From: an uncultured Acidobacteriota bacterium
Lineage (GTDB): Bacteria > Acidobacteriota > Terriglobia > Acidiferrales > UBA7541
DNA length: 64,000 bases
Direction of reading: 5' to 3'
Assembly (NCBI GenBank): GCA_963718785.1
Contig: CAVQZW010000007.1
Coordinates: forward strand, 3,303 to 67,302
Shown: positions 19,139-28,627 of the stretch, in pieces
Layout of the letters: each line of letters opens with the position of its first letter
Position numbering within the stretch: position 1 is the first letter of the stretch
Translations under genes and position numbers: made by a program
The notes under the pieces: generated by a model
What the model was told of the DNA's origin: nothing
Database searches by the model: none
The model's input: only the letters and a program-made list of their open reading frames with translations

Positions 19139-20755
19139 TTGAGCACGGTCCGGGAAGTCACCTATCAGGTTTTGCGCGACTTGGGGATGCATCTGATCTT
19201 CGGCAACCCCGGTTCGACCGAATTGCCTTTTCTGCGCGACATGCCGCCCGACTTTCAGTACGTTCTCGCCTTGCACGAACGCACGGCAATCGGCATGGCT
19301 CTGGGATATGCGATGGGCAGAGGCAAGGCTGCGTTCGTCAACGTGCATTCCGTTGCAAGTGTTGGCAACGGTCTCTCGGGACTGATCGACGCGTTTCATT
19401 GCCATGCGCCCCTGGTTGTAACGACAGGCCAGCAGGATCGCCGCCAGGTTCTTGCCGAACCATTTCTTGTGAGCCGCGCAGTGGAAACCGTCAAGCCCTA
19501 CGTGAAGTGGGCTTATGAGCCCTTGCGCGCGGAAGATGTGCCAGCCGTGATCGCCCGCGGATACTACCTCGCCATGCAGCCTCCCATGGGACCGGTGTTT
19601 ATCTCGATTCCGATGGATGACTGGACGCGCGAATGCCAAAGTTTGACCGTGCGCGAAGTATCGCAAGTCGTTGAACCCGATTCCTCGGCTCTCGATGAAG
19701 TGGTTCGCGCGCTCAATGCCAGCCGCAAAGTCGCGCTAGTGGTCGGAGCGCAAGTGGAAGAAGACCACGGTTGGCACGAAACGGTCGCGCTTGCCGAGCA
19801 CCTCAACGCCGACGTGTATCAGCAGCCTATTCCTTCACGCTGGACTTTTCCGCGAACGCATCGCCTGTTTTGCGGCGGCCTGCTCCCCGCGCAGCAACCG
19901 CTCGCCGATCAGTTGGCGGATTATGACACCGTCGTTGTCCTGGGCGCCCCTGTTTTTCTCTACTACGCTTATGTTCCCGGCCATACGATCAAGCCTGGCA
20001 CCAAACTTTTTCAAATCACGAATTCACCGCAAGATGCGGCGGCGGCATTGGCCGGAACCAGCATCGTCGGCAATCTTGCCGCGGCAGCGCGTTATCTTCG
20101 TCTACATGCCGAGCCGCGAGAGCAAGTTCATGGGCGGGATCGGAAAGATCCTGCGCCGCCTGGACCCGGCTACCCCATCACTGCAGCTTTTCTATTTAGC
20201 GTGCTTAACAAAGTCATGCCGCGAAATGCGGTGATTGCCGAAGAGTGTCCATCTTCCAAAGGCGATCTCGATCGTCAGCTGTTGCTGGACGAGCCTGGCT
20301 CATTCTATTCCGTTCCAAATGGCATCTTGGGATTTGGCCTTCCGACCGCCGTCGGCCTGCAACTCGCCCATCCAGACAGGAGAGTGGTCTGTCCAGTGGG
20401 TGACGGCTCCATCCAATATTCCATCCAGGCGCTGTGGAGCGCCGTTCAATACAAAGCCCCTGTCATTTTTATTGTTCTGCGCAACGGTGACTATACGGCG
20501 CTGAAATCCTTCTGCGATTTCACCCAGGTGGGCCGCAATGTTCCCGGTATGGAGTTACCCGGCATCGACATGGTGAAAATTGCGCAGGGATACGGAATGG
20601 CGGCGAAGGAGGTCGATCAGCCTGGCGAACTCGAAGCAGCGTTGCGTGAAGCTTTTGCTTCGCATGAGCCGCGCCTTATCAGCGTCAATATCGCGAAAGG
20701 CGGGCAGACGTGTATGGGCATGGATCAGTCCGTACATCCGCCGAACTACGGATGA
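19139..20755 (+). CDS. mdlC: ThDP-dependent benzoylformate decarboxylase
   Basis: IFGNPGSTELPFL, LALHE, NVHSVASVGN, TTGQQ, GDGSIQYSIQALW...NGDYTALK. Confidence 0.9.
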   Translation: MSTVREVTYQVLRDLGMHLIFGNPGSTELPFLRDMPPDFQYVLALHERTAIGMALGYAMGRGKAAFVNVHSVASVGNGLSGLIDAFHCHAPLVVTTGQQDRRQVLAEPFLVSRAVETVKPYVKWAYEPLRAEDVPAVIARGYYLAMQPPMGPVFISIPMDDWTRECQSLTVREVSQVVEPDSSALDEVVRALNASRKVALVVGAQVEEDHGWHETVALAEHLNADVYQQPIPSRWTFPRTHRLFCGGLLPAQQPLADQLADYDTVVVLGAPVFLYYAYVPGHTIKPGTKLFQITNSPQDAAAALAGTSIVGNLAAAARYLRLHAEPREQVHGRDRKDPAPPGPGYPITAAFLFSVLNKVMPRNAVIAEECPSSKGDLDRQLLLDEPGSFYSVPNGILGFGLPTAVGLQLAHPDRRVVCPVGDGSIQYSIQALWSAVQYKAPVIFIVLRNGDYTALKSFCDFTQVGRNVPGMELPGIDMVKIAQGYGMAAKEVDQPGELEAALREAFASHEPRLISVNIAKGGQTCMGMDQSVHPPNYG

Positions 20756-20853
20756 GAACAGCAGCCCTTTGCCTGCATTTCCTGTGACAAAGCTGAGTCC
20801 GGCAAGGAGGGAACGAGAGATATCCCCCGCTCCACCCTGTCGTCTTTGAGTTT

Positions 20854-23800
20854 CTAGAAAGAGTACTTCAAAGAAATCTGCAATTGCCGCGGGTTAAACA
20901 TCGTTCTCGGCGCCCCGAAGCTTGGATTCGGGAACGGTGGGCCGGCCGCTGGACAGCTTCCGATGAAAGAATCCGGGTTCGTTTGGATACTGAGAGAAGC
21001 GGCATCCTTATAATGTGTCGGCACCTTTCCGCCACAGAAATTGTAGGTGCCGTACACGGAAGTTACCTCGTTCACGTTGGGCCGGTTGAAAACGTCAAAA
21101 GCGTCCACGGCTACGTCTATCCTGTGCCTCTCGCGGAAAATGAAGTGCTGCGTGATCCGCAAGTCCACTGTCTGCAGGCTATCGCCCCAGTAGGTATTGC
21201 GGGCCGCTAACCCCGTTCGATCCGTTACCGGATTGGTATCGCCGTTCGCGTCAAATCCCACAAAGTCGGTAAATGGGCGCCCGCCTTGTACAGTGACAAT
21301 GCCGCTCAAGTCGGTGTTCCGCAGGAAGGTCTTCTTAGGTCCGGTCGCCGTGAAGTTTGCCACGAAGCGATTGCGAACATCTTGATTGGAATTGGCCCGC
21401 TCCGCCGCACGGTCGTAAAGATTCTGCGGAGTGCTCACAAATGTCGTAAACGTTCCGTCATCCAATGTCTTCGAAAACGTGTAGTTAGCGTTGAGCCGGA
21501 AATACTCTCCGACCTTCTGAGTGAGGGATACAGTTGCTCCATGATAGACACTGTTTCCGCTGTTATCTGTGTAATAGATCAAGCCGACTGGGGCGAGAAC
21601 GCCGCTGAAGTTGGCCTTTCCGGCGGGATAACCAGGTAGCGGCGCAGGCGACGGCGTGCATGTGTACAATCCTGTCGTTGCACCTGTTGTAGGGCAGACG
21701 TTCAGGTTTTCCGCCCGTACCTGATGGTGAGCCGAAACAAACAGATAGCCAATATTCACGACCAGTCCCTTTCCAATTTCCCGATCGATTTCAAGGCTGG
21801 CCTGCTCGGAATAGGGAATCTTACTTTGAGTCTCCACGGTGCCATTGCCTACCGGAGAAACCTCGCCAGCCGCTAGATTGGTAATCATTTGGACCGGCTG
21901 ATAGGTACCAAACCGCACCAGGTTCGCGGCAGCATCAGCTGGTTCGATTCCAAAGGGGGTTGGCCCCGGAACAAAAGGAAGCTGACTCAAAGAGTAAGTC
22001 CCGTTGTACCCCCCCTGGCGGACGCCCGGAAAGGGGTACGTCGACGTGCAAGCCGGATCCAGGCAATACGTCACCGCGCGCTGCGGGAAAGTCACGAAGA
22101 GGAAGGAAAGATTATAGCGATCATCGAAGATGCCGAATCCGGCGCGAATGACCGTGTGCTTGTCTGGAGAATACGCCAGTCCAACGCGCGGCTGAACGCC
22201 CTTATAGTTGGGCTGGATTTGCCTGTATAGCCCCCTCTCAAAGTCGTACCGCAACCCATAATTGAGAGTCAGCTTTGGAGTAAGGCGCCACTGATCTTGC
22301 GCGTAAAATCCGTAGTAGCTATGGATGATATTGGAAAAATAATTGGGTGTCGCGGAAGCGGGGTACGCGCTAAGCCAATTGGTGTCCACCGGCGGAGGAA
22401 GAGTTCCATTGATTGCGGAATTGTCTGCCGTTCCGAGCGGGGATGGCCAGAAGACAACCGGAACACCGTTCTGCGCGTCTGCCGGGTTAGGCCCCGGAGT
22501 AACCGGAAAAGGAGGAAGCGTGGCATTTTGTGGCCCAAGAGCAAGCGGACACGGCCCCTCCGCAAAATTTGAAGCCAGGTACGGCTGCGGCTGCCCCTTG
22601 AGCTGATCCACATAATTGGCAAAATCCACGAGACAGTTGATACCGGGCAACACGATGCGCATCGGAGAAAATCCCGGCCAAATGATGTGATCGTTGACGT
22701 GGTTGTAGTCCACGCCGAACTTGATCAAATGCGAGCCTTTCACCCAATAAACAGAATCCGCGAACTGCCCCCGGCTCTCATAAGTGGCATCGAAAACGCC
22801 AAAATTGTGTCCAATCAAAAGCGAATTTGGCAGATCCAGATTGGGCTGTCCGGTTACACCGGGGAAGTTCGAATGCCGCCGCGCGTATTGACCCAGGAAT
22901 GTATTAACAAGGTCAGGCTTAATTTGAGAGGATAACGTCCCTACCAGGGACTGGTCGCGCAAAAAATTGTTGTGGCCGCTACTAGGCGCTCCAATTCCTC
23001 CGCCGTCGAGTGTGTCGCCAACCAGTACGTTTAAGTTTCGGGCATCCTCTATGTTGTAACGCACGGAAAGGCGATTGTTGTTGTTTATCTGGTGATCGAC
23101 TTTAATGAGCCCTTTGTCGGTGTCTTGCGTTTTAAGGGCGCCAATATTTTCATTAAATTGGCCTGGCGCACCCCCCAAAAGAATTGCTTTCGCCGAGTTT
23201 ATCAACGCCAGGTTGTTGAGCAGTTCGGGCGATTGGATTGGAGCCTCCGCGCGGCGCTGCCCTTCGTAGTTCATGAAGAAGAAGGTCTTGTCTTTTTTGA
23301 TTGGGCCGCCGAGCGTGCCCCCGAACTGATTTTGCCGAAGTGTTTTGGGTGCGCCAGGAGTCGTCGCCGTTGCCGCGGGCTGCAGCAGCGCGCGTGCATT
23401 CATCGCGTCGTTCTCGAGGTAGTCATAAACCGAACCATGCAGATCGTTTCCGCCAGACTTCGTGATGATGTTGACGATGCCGCCCATGGCTCGCCCTTGC
23501 TCCGCACCGAACCCGTTGTTAACAACGCGAAACTCGCTGACTGCTTCCTGAGAAGGAGTACTGCGCTGCGATCCGGTCGCCGTGTTAACTGTGTCCGCGC
23601 CATCGACCGTTACCAGGTTGCTGAGATCGCGCATCCCTCCAAACGAGATTCTTGTGACCTCGGCTTCCGTGATTGTGGACTGAAGGCTAGTGCGGCCCGT
23701 GGTCACTCCGGGTGTCAGAAGCGCGAAGTCCGTGAAAAGTCGGCCGCTGATCGGAAGTGACTGAATCTGGTTGGTGCTAATTACCTGGCTGATCTCGGTC

Positions 23801-24204
23801 CTGGTGGGCTCCACCGGCGGCGTCTCGGTCGTAACTATCACCTTCTCCGCGCTTTGCGCGACACTTACACTTACGTCAATCGTTGCGACTTGGCCGACTG
23901 TCAGCACGATTCCCGTTTGGGTGGACTTGGCAAACCCCGTGGCTTCCGTCGTCAATTCGTACCGGCCCGGCGGCAGGTTGGGGATAACGTAAAGTCCGTT
24001 GTCATTCGAAACCGCGGTATAGGTGCGGTTTGTTGCGAGTTCTTTCAGGGTGATCGTAGCTCTGGCGACCGACCCGCCGCTCGCGTCGCGAACAGTTCCA
24101 TTTAACTGGGCCGAACTGCTGCCGACTTGCGACACCGCCGGTTTTGCCCAGCCACAAAAAATCAGGATCCCAAGGACGGCCCAAACCGCAAAACTTCGCC
24201 TCAT
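20854..24204 (-). CDS. TonB-dependent receptor-like outer-membrane protein with N-terminal carboxypeptidase-regulatory-like domain
   Basis: Signal peptide; GTVRDASGG, EAVSEFRV, NIITKSGGNDLHGS, C-terminal PRQLQISLKYSF. Confidence 0.9.
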   Translation of the reverse strand: MRRSFAVWAVLGILIFCGWAKPAVSQVGSSSAQLNGTVRDASGGSVARATITLKELATNRTYTAVSNDNGLYVIPNLPPGRYELTTEATGFAKSTQTGIVLTVGQVATIDVSVSVAQSAEKVIVTTETPPVEPTRTEISQVISTNQIQSLPISGRLFTDFALLTPGVTTGRTSLQSTITEAEVTRISFGGMRDLSNLVTVDGADTVNTATGSQRSTPSQEAVSEFRVVNNGFGAEQGRAMGGIVNIITKSGGNDLHGSVYDYLENDAMNARALLQPAATATTPGAPKTLRQNQFGGTLGGPIKKDKTFFFMNYEGQRRAEAPIQSPELLNNLALINSAKAILLGGAPGQFNENIGALKTQDTDKGLIKVDHQINNNNRLSVRYNIEDARNLNVLVGDTLDGGGIGAPSSGHNNFLRDQSLVGTLSSQIKPDLVNTFLGQYARRHSNFPGVTGQPNLDLPNSLLIGHNFGVFDATYESRGQFADSVYWVKGSHLIKFGVDYNHVNDHIIWPGFSPMRIVLPGINCLVDFANYVDQLKGQPQPYLASNFAEGPCPLALGPQNATLPPFPVTPGPNPADAQNGVPVVFWPSPLGTADNSAINGTLPPPVDTNWLSAYPASATPNYFSNIIHSYYGFYAQDQWRLTPKLTLNYGLRYDFERGLYRQIQPNYKGVQPRVGLAYSPDKHTVIRAGFGIFDDRYNLSFLFVTFPQRAVTYCLDPACTSTYPFPGVRQGGYNGTYSLSQLPFVPGPTPFGIEPADAAANLVRFGTYQPVQMITNLAAGEVSPVGNGTVETQSKIPYSEQASLEIDREIGKGLVVNIGYLFVSAHHQVRAENLNVCPTTGATTGLYTCTPSPAPLPGYPAGKANFSGVLAPVGLIYYTDNSGNSVYHGATVSLTQKVGEYFRLNANYTFSKTLDDGTFTTFVSTPQNLYDRAAERANSNQDVRNRFVANFTATGPKKTFLRNTDLSGIVTVQGGRPFTDFVGFDANGDTNPVTDRTGLAARNTYWGDSLQTVDLRITQHFIFRERHRIDVAVDAFDVFNRPNVNEVTSVYGTYNFCGGKVPTHYKDAASLSIQTNPDSFIGSCPAAGPPFPNPSFGAPRTMFNPRQLQISLKYSF

Positions 24205-24446
24205 GACTCACCCCTCCCGGAACGATTCGAACGAGCGATAATTACCATTCAAATTCCGAACAACCCCATGTTGCAAAAAGGTCTAATGCTTCGAATCGCG
24301 GCTGTCAAGTCTTTAATCGGTGCGTCCGTGCGGCTATCGCGCAAATTTTCCGCGCAGGGACGGATATTTCGAATCCCGTCTCGCACTCGTAACGCCGCGC
24401 GATCCTTTTTTCGCGCAGTTTTTCTGCCGCCAGAAACAAATTCAAC

Positions 24447-25436
24447 TCATTTTACAAACAGACTCAGCTCTTGTGCCGCGGCTCTTAGCTGCGGAAGAAA
24501 CCGCACCTGCAAGTCCTGGATGGAAACACGTTGCGCGTGCGCGCCAACATTGAGCGCCGCGATCACCCGCCCGGCAGAATCGTGGATCGGCACTGCCATG
24601 GACCGCAAACCGGATTCGAGCTCCTGGTCCACTACGGAGTAGCCGTTTCGTTGAGCCAGCCGAAGAATCTGGCGAAGTCTTTCAGCGTTCGCGACGGTGC
24701 GCTCCGTGTACCGTTTGAACTCGACCCGGGACAGGAATTCGTCGAGCTTGTCCGCCGGCAAGTCGGCCATCAGAACTCGGCCCATGGACGTGCAAAATGC
24801 AGGGAGGCGGCTGCCGACAACGAGATCGATCGACATAATCCGCGTTACGTTCGCGCGGGCGATATACACGATGTCTGTGCGATCCAGCGTGGCGATGGAA
24901 CAGGACTCATGCAGAACGCGGCTGACGTTTTCCAGTATCGGCTGCGCCATCGCGGCCAACGGCATGGAAGAAATGTAAGAGTGGCCGAGCGCGAGAACCC
25001 TGGGGCGAAGATGAAAATGTCTGCTGTCGACAGTGGCAGCGAATCCAAGTCTCGACAGTGTATAGAGGCAGCGCCGCACTGCGGCCCGCGAGAAGCCGGT
25101 CTTGGTGCTGATTTGAGAGACTGTGAGTTCGCGCTGGCGCTGAGTGAAAACCTGAATGACCGCGAGTCCGCGAGCGAGTGACGTCATGAAGTTGGGGTCG
25201 CCGCTGTACTGGTCAATCTGTTGCGAGACAGTCAGTGGTGCGGCGGCCTGGGGAGTCGAAACAGGATTGCTCTGCACATCGAATCGCGACGCAGGCTTGG
25301 CGACGGCTTGATTTTTAGGAGCAGGCGAGACCAGGACTTGTTGCTTGGGAGCGGGCTTGCTTGCAACTTGTTGCTTTGAGGCGGGCCTGGCGGAGAGTTG
25401 TTGCCGGGAGCCCGGATCGGAAAAGGCGGAAGCCAT
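24447..25436 (-). CDS. pcaR: IclR-family regulator, PcaR/PobR type (start uncertain)
   Basis: FMTSLARGLAVI, SRAAVRRCLYTL, RLPAFCTSMGRVL, DQELESGLRSMAVP; divergent from pcaHG. Confidence 0.88.
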   Translation of the reverse strand: MASAFSDPGSRQQLSARPASKQQVASKPAPKQQVLVSPAPKNQAVAKPASRFDVQSNPVSTPQAAAPLTVSQQIDQYSGDPNFMTSLARGLAVIQVFTQRQRELTVSQISTKTGFSRAAVRRCLYTLSRLGFAATVDSRHFHLRPRVLALGHSYISSMPLAAMAQPILENVSRVLHESCSIATLDRTDIVYIARANVTRIMSIDLVVGSRLPAFCTSMGRVLMADLPADKLDEFLSRVEFKRYTERTVANAERLRQILRLAQRNGYSVVDQELESGLRSMAVPIHDSAGRVIAALNVGAHAQRVSIQDLQVRFLPQLRAAAQELSLFVK

Positions 25437-25517
25437 GCGAATCCCCCTGGAAACGAGCATCGAAAAAGCCGATGCAGGCGAAGAGAATACACTTTTTTGA
25501 CCGATATGCGCCCAATA

Positions 25518-25532
25518 TTTCGATAATCGGTA
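25518..25532. promoter_or_regulatory. PcaR-type operator candidate TTTCGATAATCGGTA
   Basis: CGATAATCG core between divergent pcaR and pcaH; the same core recurs at 18997-19005. Confidence 0.6.
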
Positions 25533-25643
25533 TTGCGGGAATTTGGCAGGAGCCATAGAATGCCCGGCGCGGCCGAAATTCGGACAGGTCTCATAATGAA
25601 CCGCACGATAACGCCATTAATGGGTTCAAGGGGGGCAGAACGT

Positions 25644-26369
25644 ATGAAGAACATTCCGGGTTACCGGCGGAACTATCCAGGCACTCAGCCGCGGCATTTG
25701 CATCCACCTTATGTGTCTTCCCTTAAGAGGGCTCCCCTACAGCCCTTTGTGACGCTTCCGCAAACGCTTTCTGAGATTACTGGGCCGCTGTTCGAACCAG
25801 AGATTGTCGATGTGAAAGCTTCCGATTTGACGCGGCAGCATTCCGGAGAACCGCTCGGCGAACGCTTAATCGTGAGCGGGCGAGTGCTTGATGAAAACTC
25901 AAGGCCAATACCGCGAACGCTGGTGGAGATTTGGCAAGCCAACGCCGCGGGGCGATACCTGCATAGCAGAGATCAGCATAACGCTCCGCTGGATCCTAAT
26001 TTCACGGGATGCGGGCAAGCCGTAACGGATTCCGAAGGCCGCTATCGATTCGTAACCATTCGACCAGGCGAATATCCGTGGGGAAATCATTTCAATGCGT
26101 GGCGCCCAGCGCATATTCATTTCTCGCTCTTCGGGCCGGCATTTGCCACGCGCCTGGTGACGCAAATGTATTTTCAGGGCGATCCCTTGATTCCCTACGA
26201 TCCAATTTTCAATTGCACGGATGATGAGAAGGCGCGCAACCGGCTGATCTCGCAATTCGATTGGGAGACGACCATTCCCCTAGAGGCGCTGGGCTACCGA
26301 TTCGATATCGTGCTAAGCGGGCGAGAGAGTACTCCGATGGAGACTCATCCTCACGGAGAAAAGTCATGA
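25644..26369 (+). CDS. pcaH: Protocatechuate 3,4-dioxygenase beta subunit
   Basis: SEITGP, EIWQANAAGRY, PGEYPWGNHFNAWRPAHIHFS, RLVTQMYF. Confidence 0.96.
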   Translation: MKNIPGYRRNYPGTQPRHLHPPYVSSLKRAPLQPFVTLPQTLSEITGPLFEPEIVDVKASDLTRQHSGEPLGERLIVSGRVLDENSRPIPRTLVEIWQANAAGRYLHSRDQHNAPLDPNFTGCGQAVTDSEGRYRFVTIRPGEYPWGNHFNAWRPAHIHFSLFGPAFATRLVTQMYFQGDPLIPYDPIFNCTDDEKARNRLISQFDWETTIPLEALGYRFDIVLSGRESTPMETHPHGEKS

Positions 26370-26935
26370 GCCTGCATGCGACCTCTTCGCAAACGGTAGG
26401 GCCATTTTTCAAAATTGGTTTCTCCTGGCTCTATCGCGACAACCTAGCGGGCCCCGGCATTCCGGGTGAGCGCGTGGAAATTTCGGGCCGCATTCTCGAC
26501 GGCGATGGGAAACCGGTGCCCGACGGAATCGTGGAAATCTGGCAGGCTAATGCGCAAGGTAAGTACGCCCATCCGGATGATCCCCAGGAGAAACGGACCG
26601 AATCGGGTTTTAGCGGATATGGCCGCGTGCCTACGGATGATGAGGGGCGATTTCGTTTTACAACGATTAAGCCGGGGCGAGTTCCTGGGCCGGATGGAAA
26701 ATTGCAGGCGCCACATCTGGCGGTTTCGGTTTTTACGCGCGGGTTGCTGCGGCGACTTGTGACTCGGATTTATTTTCCCGATGAGCCTAGCAACGCGGAG
26801 GATTTCGCGCTTAGACTTGTCGATCCGGCGAGGCGCGGGACGCTTATTGCGAAAAAGATGACAGGCACGGCTGGCTCTCTGGAATGGGATGTTGTGCTTC
26901 AGGGGCAAGGCGAAACGGTTTTTTTTGATATCTGA
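26366..26935 (+). CDS. pcaG: Protocatechuate 3,4-dioxygenase alpha subunit
   Basis: TSSQTVGPFF, EIWQANAQG, TIKPG, APHL, GLLRRLVTRIYF, GETVFFDI; ATGA overlap with pcaH. Confidence 0.96.
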   Translation: MSLHATSSQTVGPFFKIGFSWLYRDNLAGPGIPGERVEISGRILDGDGKPVPDGIVEIWQANAQGKYAHPDDPQEKRTESGFSGYGRVPTDDEGRFRFTTIKPGRVPGPDGKLQAPHLAVSVFTRGLLRRLVTRIYFPDEPSNAEDFALRLVDPARRGTLIAKKMTGTAGSLEWDVVLQGQGETVFFDI

Positions 26936-26941
26936 TGGCTC

Positions 26942-26976
26942 GGGCGGGGCAAGCCCTGGGCAAGCCCCGCCCCTAC
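26942..26976 (-). repeat. GTAG-type REP-like palindrome between convergent genes
   Basis: Minus strand reads GTAGGGGCGGGGCTTGCCCAGGGCTTGCCCCGCCC; GGGCGGGGC/GCCCCGCCC arms. Confidence 0.5.
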
Positions 26977-27007
26977 AGATTCATTCAGACATTATTTCGG
27001 CGTCTGA

Positions 27008-28448
27008 TCAAAAAGGATAGTGGCGGCGGCCGGTTTGGATGGTGACCCATTTTACTTCGGTCATTTCGTCGGTGGACCAGCGACCACCCTCGCGGCCCAT
27101 TCCGGAATCCTTCACTCCGCCAAAGGGAACAGTGCCTTCATCGTGGATCGTCGGGCCGTTCAAGTGAACCATTCCTGCTTCGAGTTCGAGAGCGAAGCGC
27201 ATCGCCAGTTGCAGATCATTGGTCAGGACGGCCGACGAGAGGCCGTATGTGGAACTATTCGCAAGCGCCAGGGCGTGATCGGCATCCGTGGCTTTCGTCA
27301 CGGCAGCAACGGGGCCAAAGAGTTCGTCGCGGAACGCAGCCATTTCCGGCGTAACGTCCGCGACAACCGTGGGATGATAAAAATTCCCTTCGTACTTTCC
27401 GCCAGTCAGTATACGCGCTCCAGCGGCAACGGCTTCTTTGATTTTCTTGTCGATCATGGGGCACTGCGAGGACCGTATCAGCGGGCCGATGACAGTGTGA
27501 GGATCGCGCGGGTCGCCCACTTTCATCATTTGGGCCTTGGCCGCGAAGCGTTTCAGAAATTCTTCATAAATCGGTTGCTCTACGATAATACGCGAGCCCG
27601 CCATGCAGATTTGCCCTTGATGGATGAAAATGCCGAAACAAGCTGTGTCCACCGCGTAGTCCAAATCCGCGTCTTTCAGGATGATGAGCGGACTCTTTCC
27701 ACCCATTTCGAGGACGCAGCGTTTGCCGCGCTTGGCGCATTCGACGGCGATGATTCGTCCTACGGCTGACGATCCCGTAAAGGAAACAAGCTTCACGCGC
27801 GTATCGTCGAAGAGCACACGCGCGAGGGTGGGGCCATCGCCGGGGACAACGTTAAAAACTCCAGCGGGAACACCGGCGCGCTCAAAGACTTCTGCAAGCT
27901 TCAAACCGACAAGAGAAGTTTCTTCCGAAGGTTTCAACACAAATGTGTTTCCACAAGCCAATGCAAACGCGACTTTTTTTAAGGAAAGAACGACGGGAAA
28001 GTTGAAAGGAGAAATCCCAGCGACGACTCCCAATGGCCGGCGGATGGCCATGGAGATCATTCCGGGCACGTCCGAAGGAAATACATCACCGCGAATTCGC
28101 CGAGCTTCGCCAGCAATGGAGCGGACGAGGTTTGCGGCGAACGGTACTTCAAAATGGGCTTTGCCAAAAGTTGAGCCCGCCTCATCAATCAGAAGTTCGA
28201 TCATTTCCTCAGAAGCTTTTTCGAGTTCATCGGCGGCGCGCATCAAGATGCGTTCGCGTTCGGCGGCAAGCGTTGCGCCCCAAGCGTTCTTCGCCGCATC
28301 GGCGGCGTCGATGGCGGCGCGCATGTGACTGCTCCTGCGCCATGAAGATGCGGGCGAAAGGACGCTGATTCGCGGGATTGATGACGTCGGAGAGCGCAGA
28401 AGGAGGAACTTCAATCGCCTTACCGCCAATGTATGGAGTCGAGAACAT
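27008..28448 (-). pseudogene. Aromatic aldehyde (vanillin/benzaldehyde-type) dehydrogenase with an apparent frameshift near 28328
   Basis: ISPFNFP, LKPSEET, FTGS, LEMGGKSP, GQICMAG, DELFGP, SGMGREGG; the N-terminus MFSTPYIGGK...VINPAN (ATG 28448) is in a different frame. Confidence 0.8.
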
Positions 28449-28627
28449 GCGGCCTCTTTTCTAGCTTCGCAAAGAAATTCAAAGCGCAGAGCGGTGCATT
28501 CGGATCAAACAGAAAAAATCAGGCGCTTATCGCACCAGCGCAAAATTGCCAGGAACGTCACGATTTTTCTCCGCGCTTCCGCGAAAGTCAAGCGACGGCT
28601 CGGGGAAAGTCAGCACAGAGATTTCGC

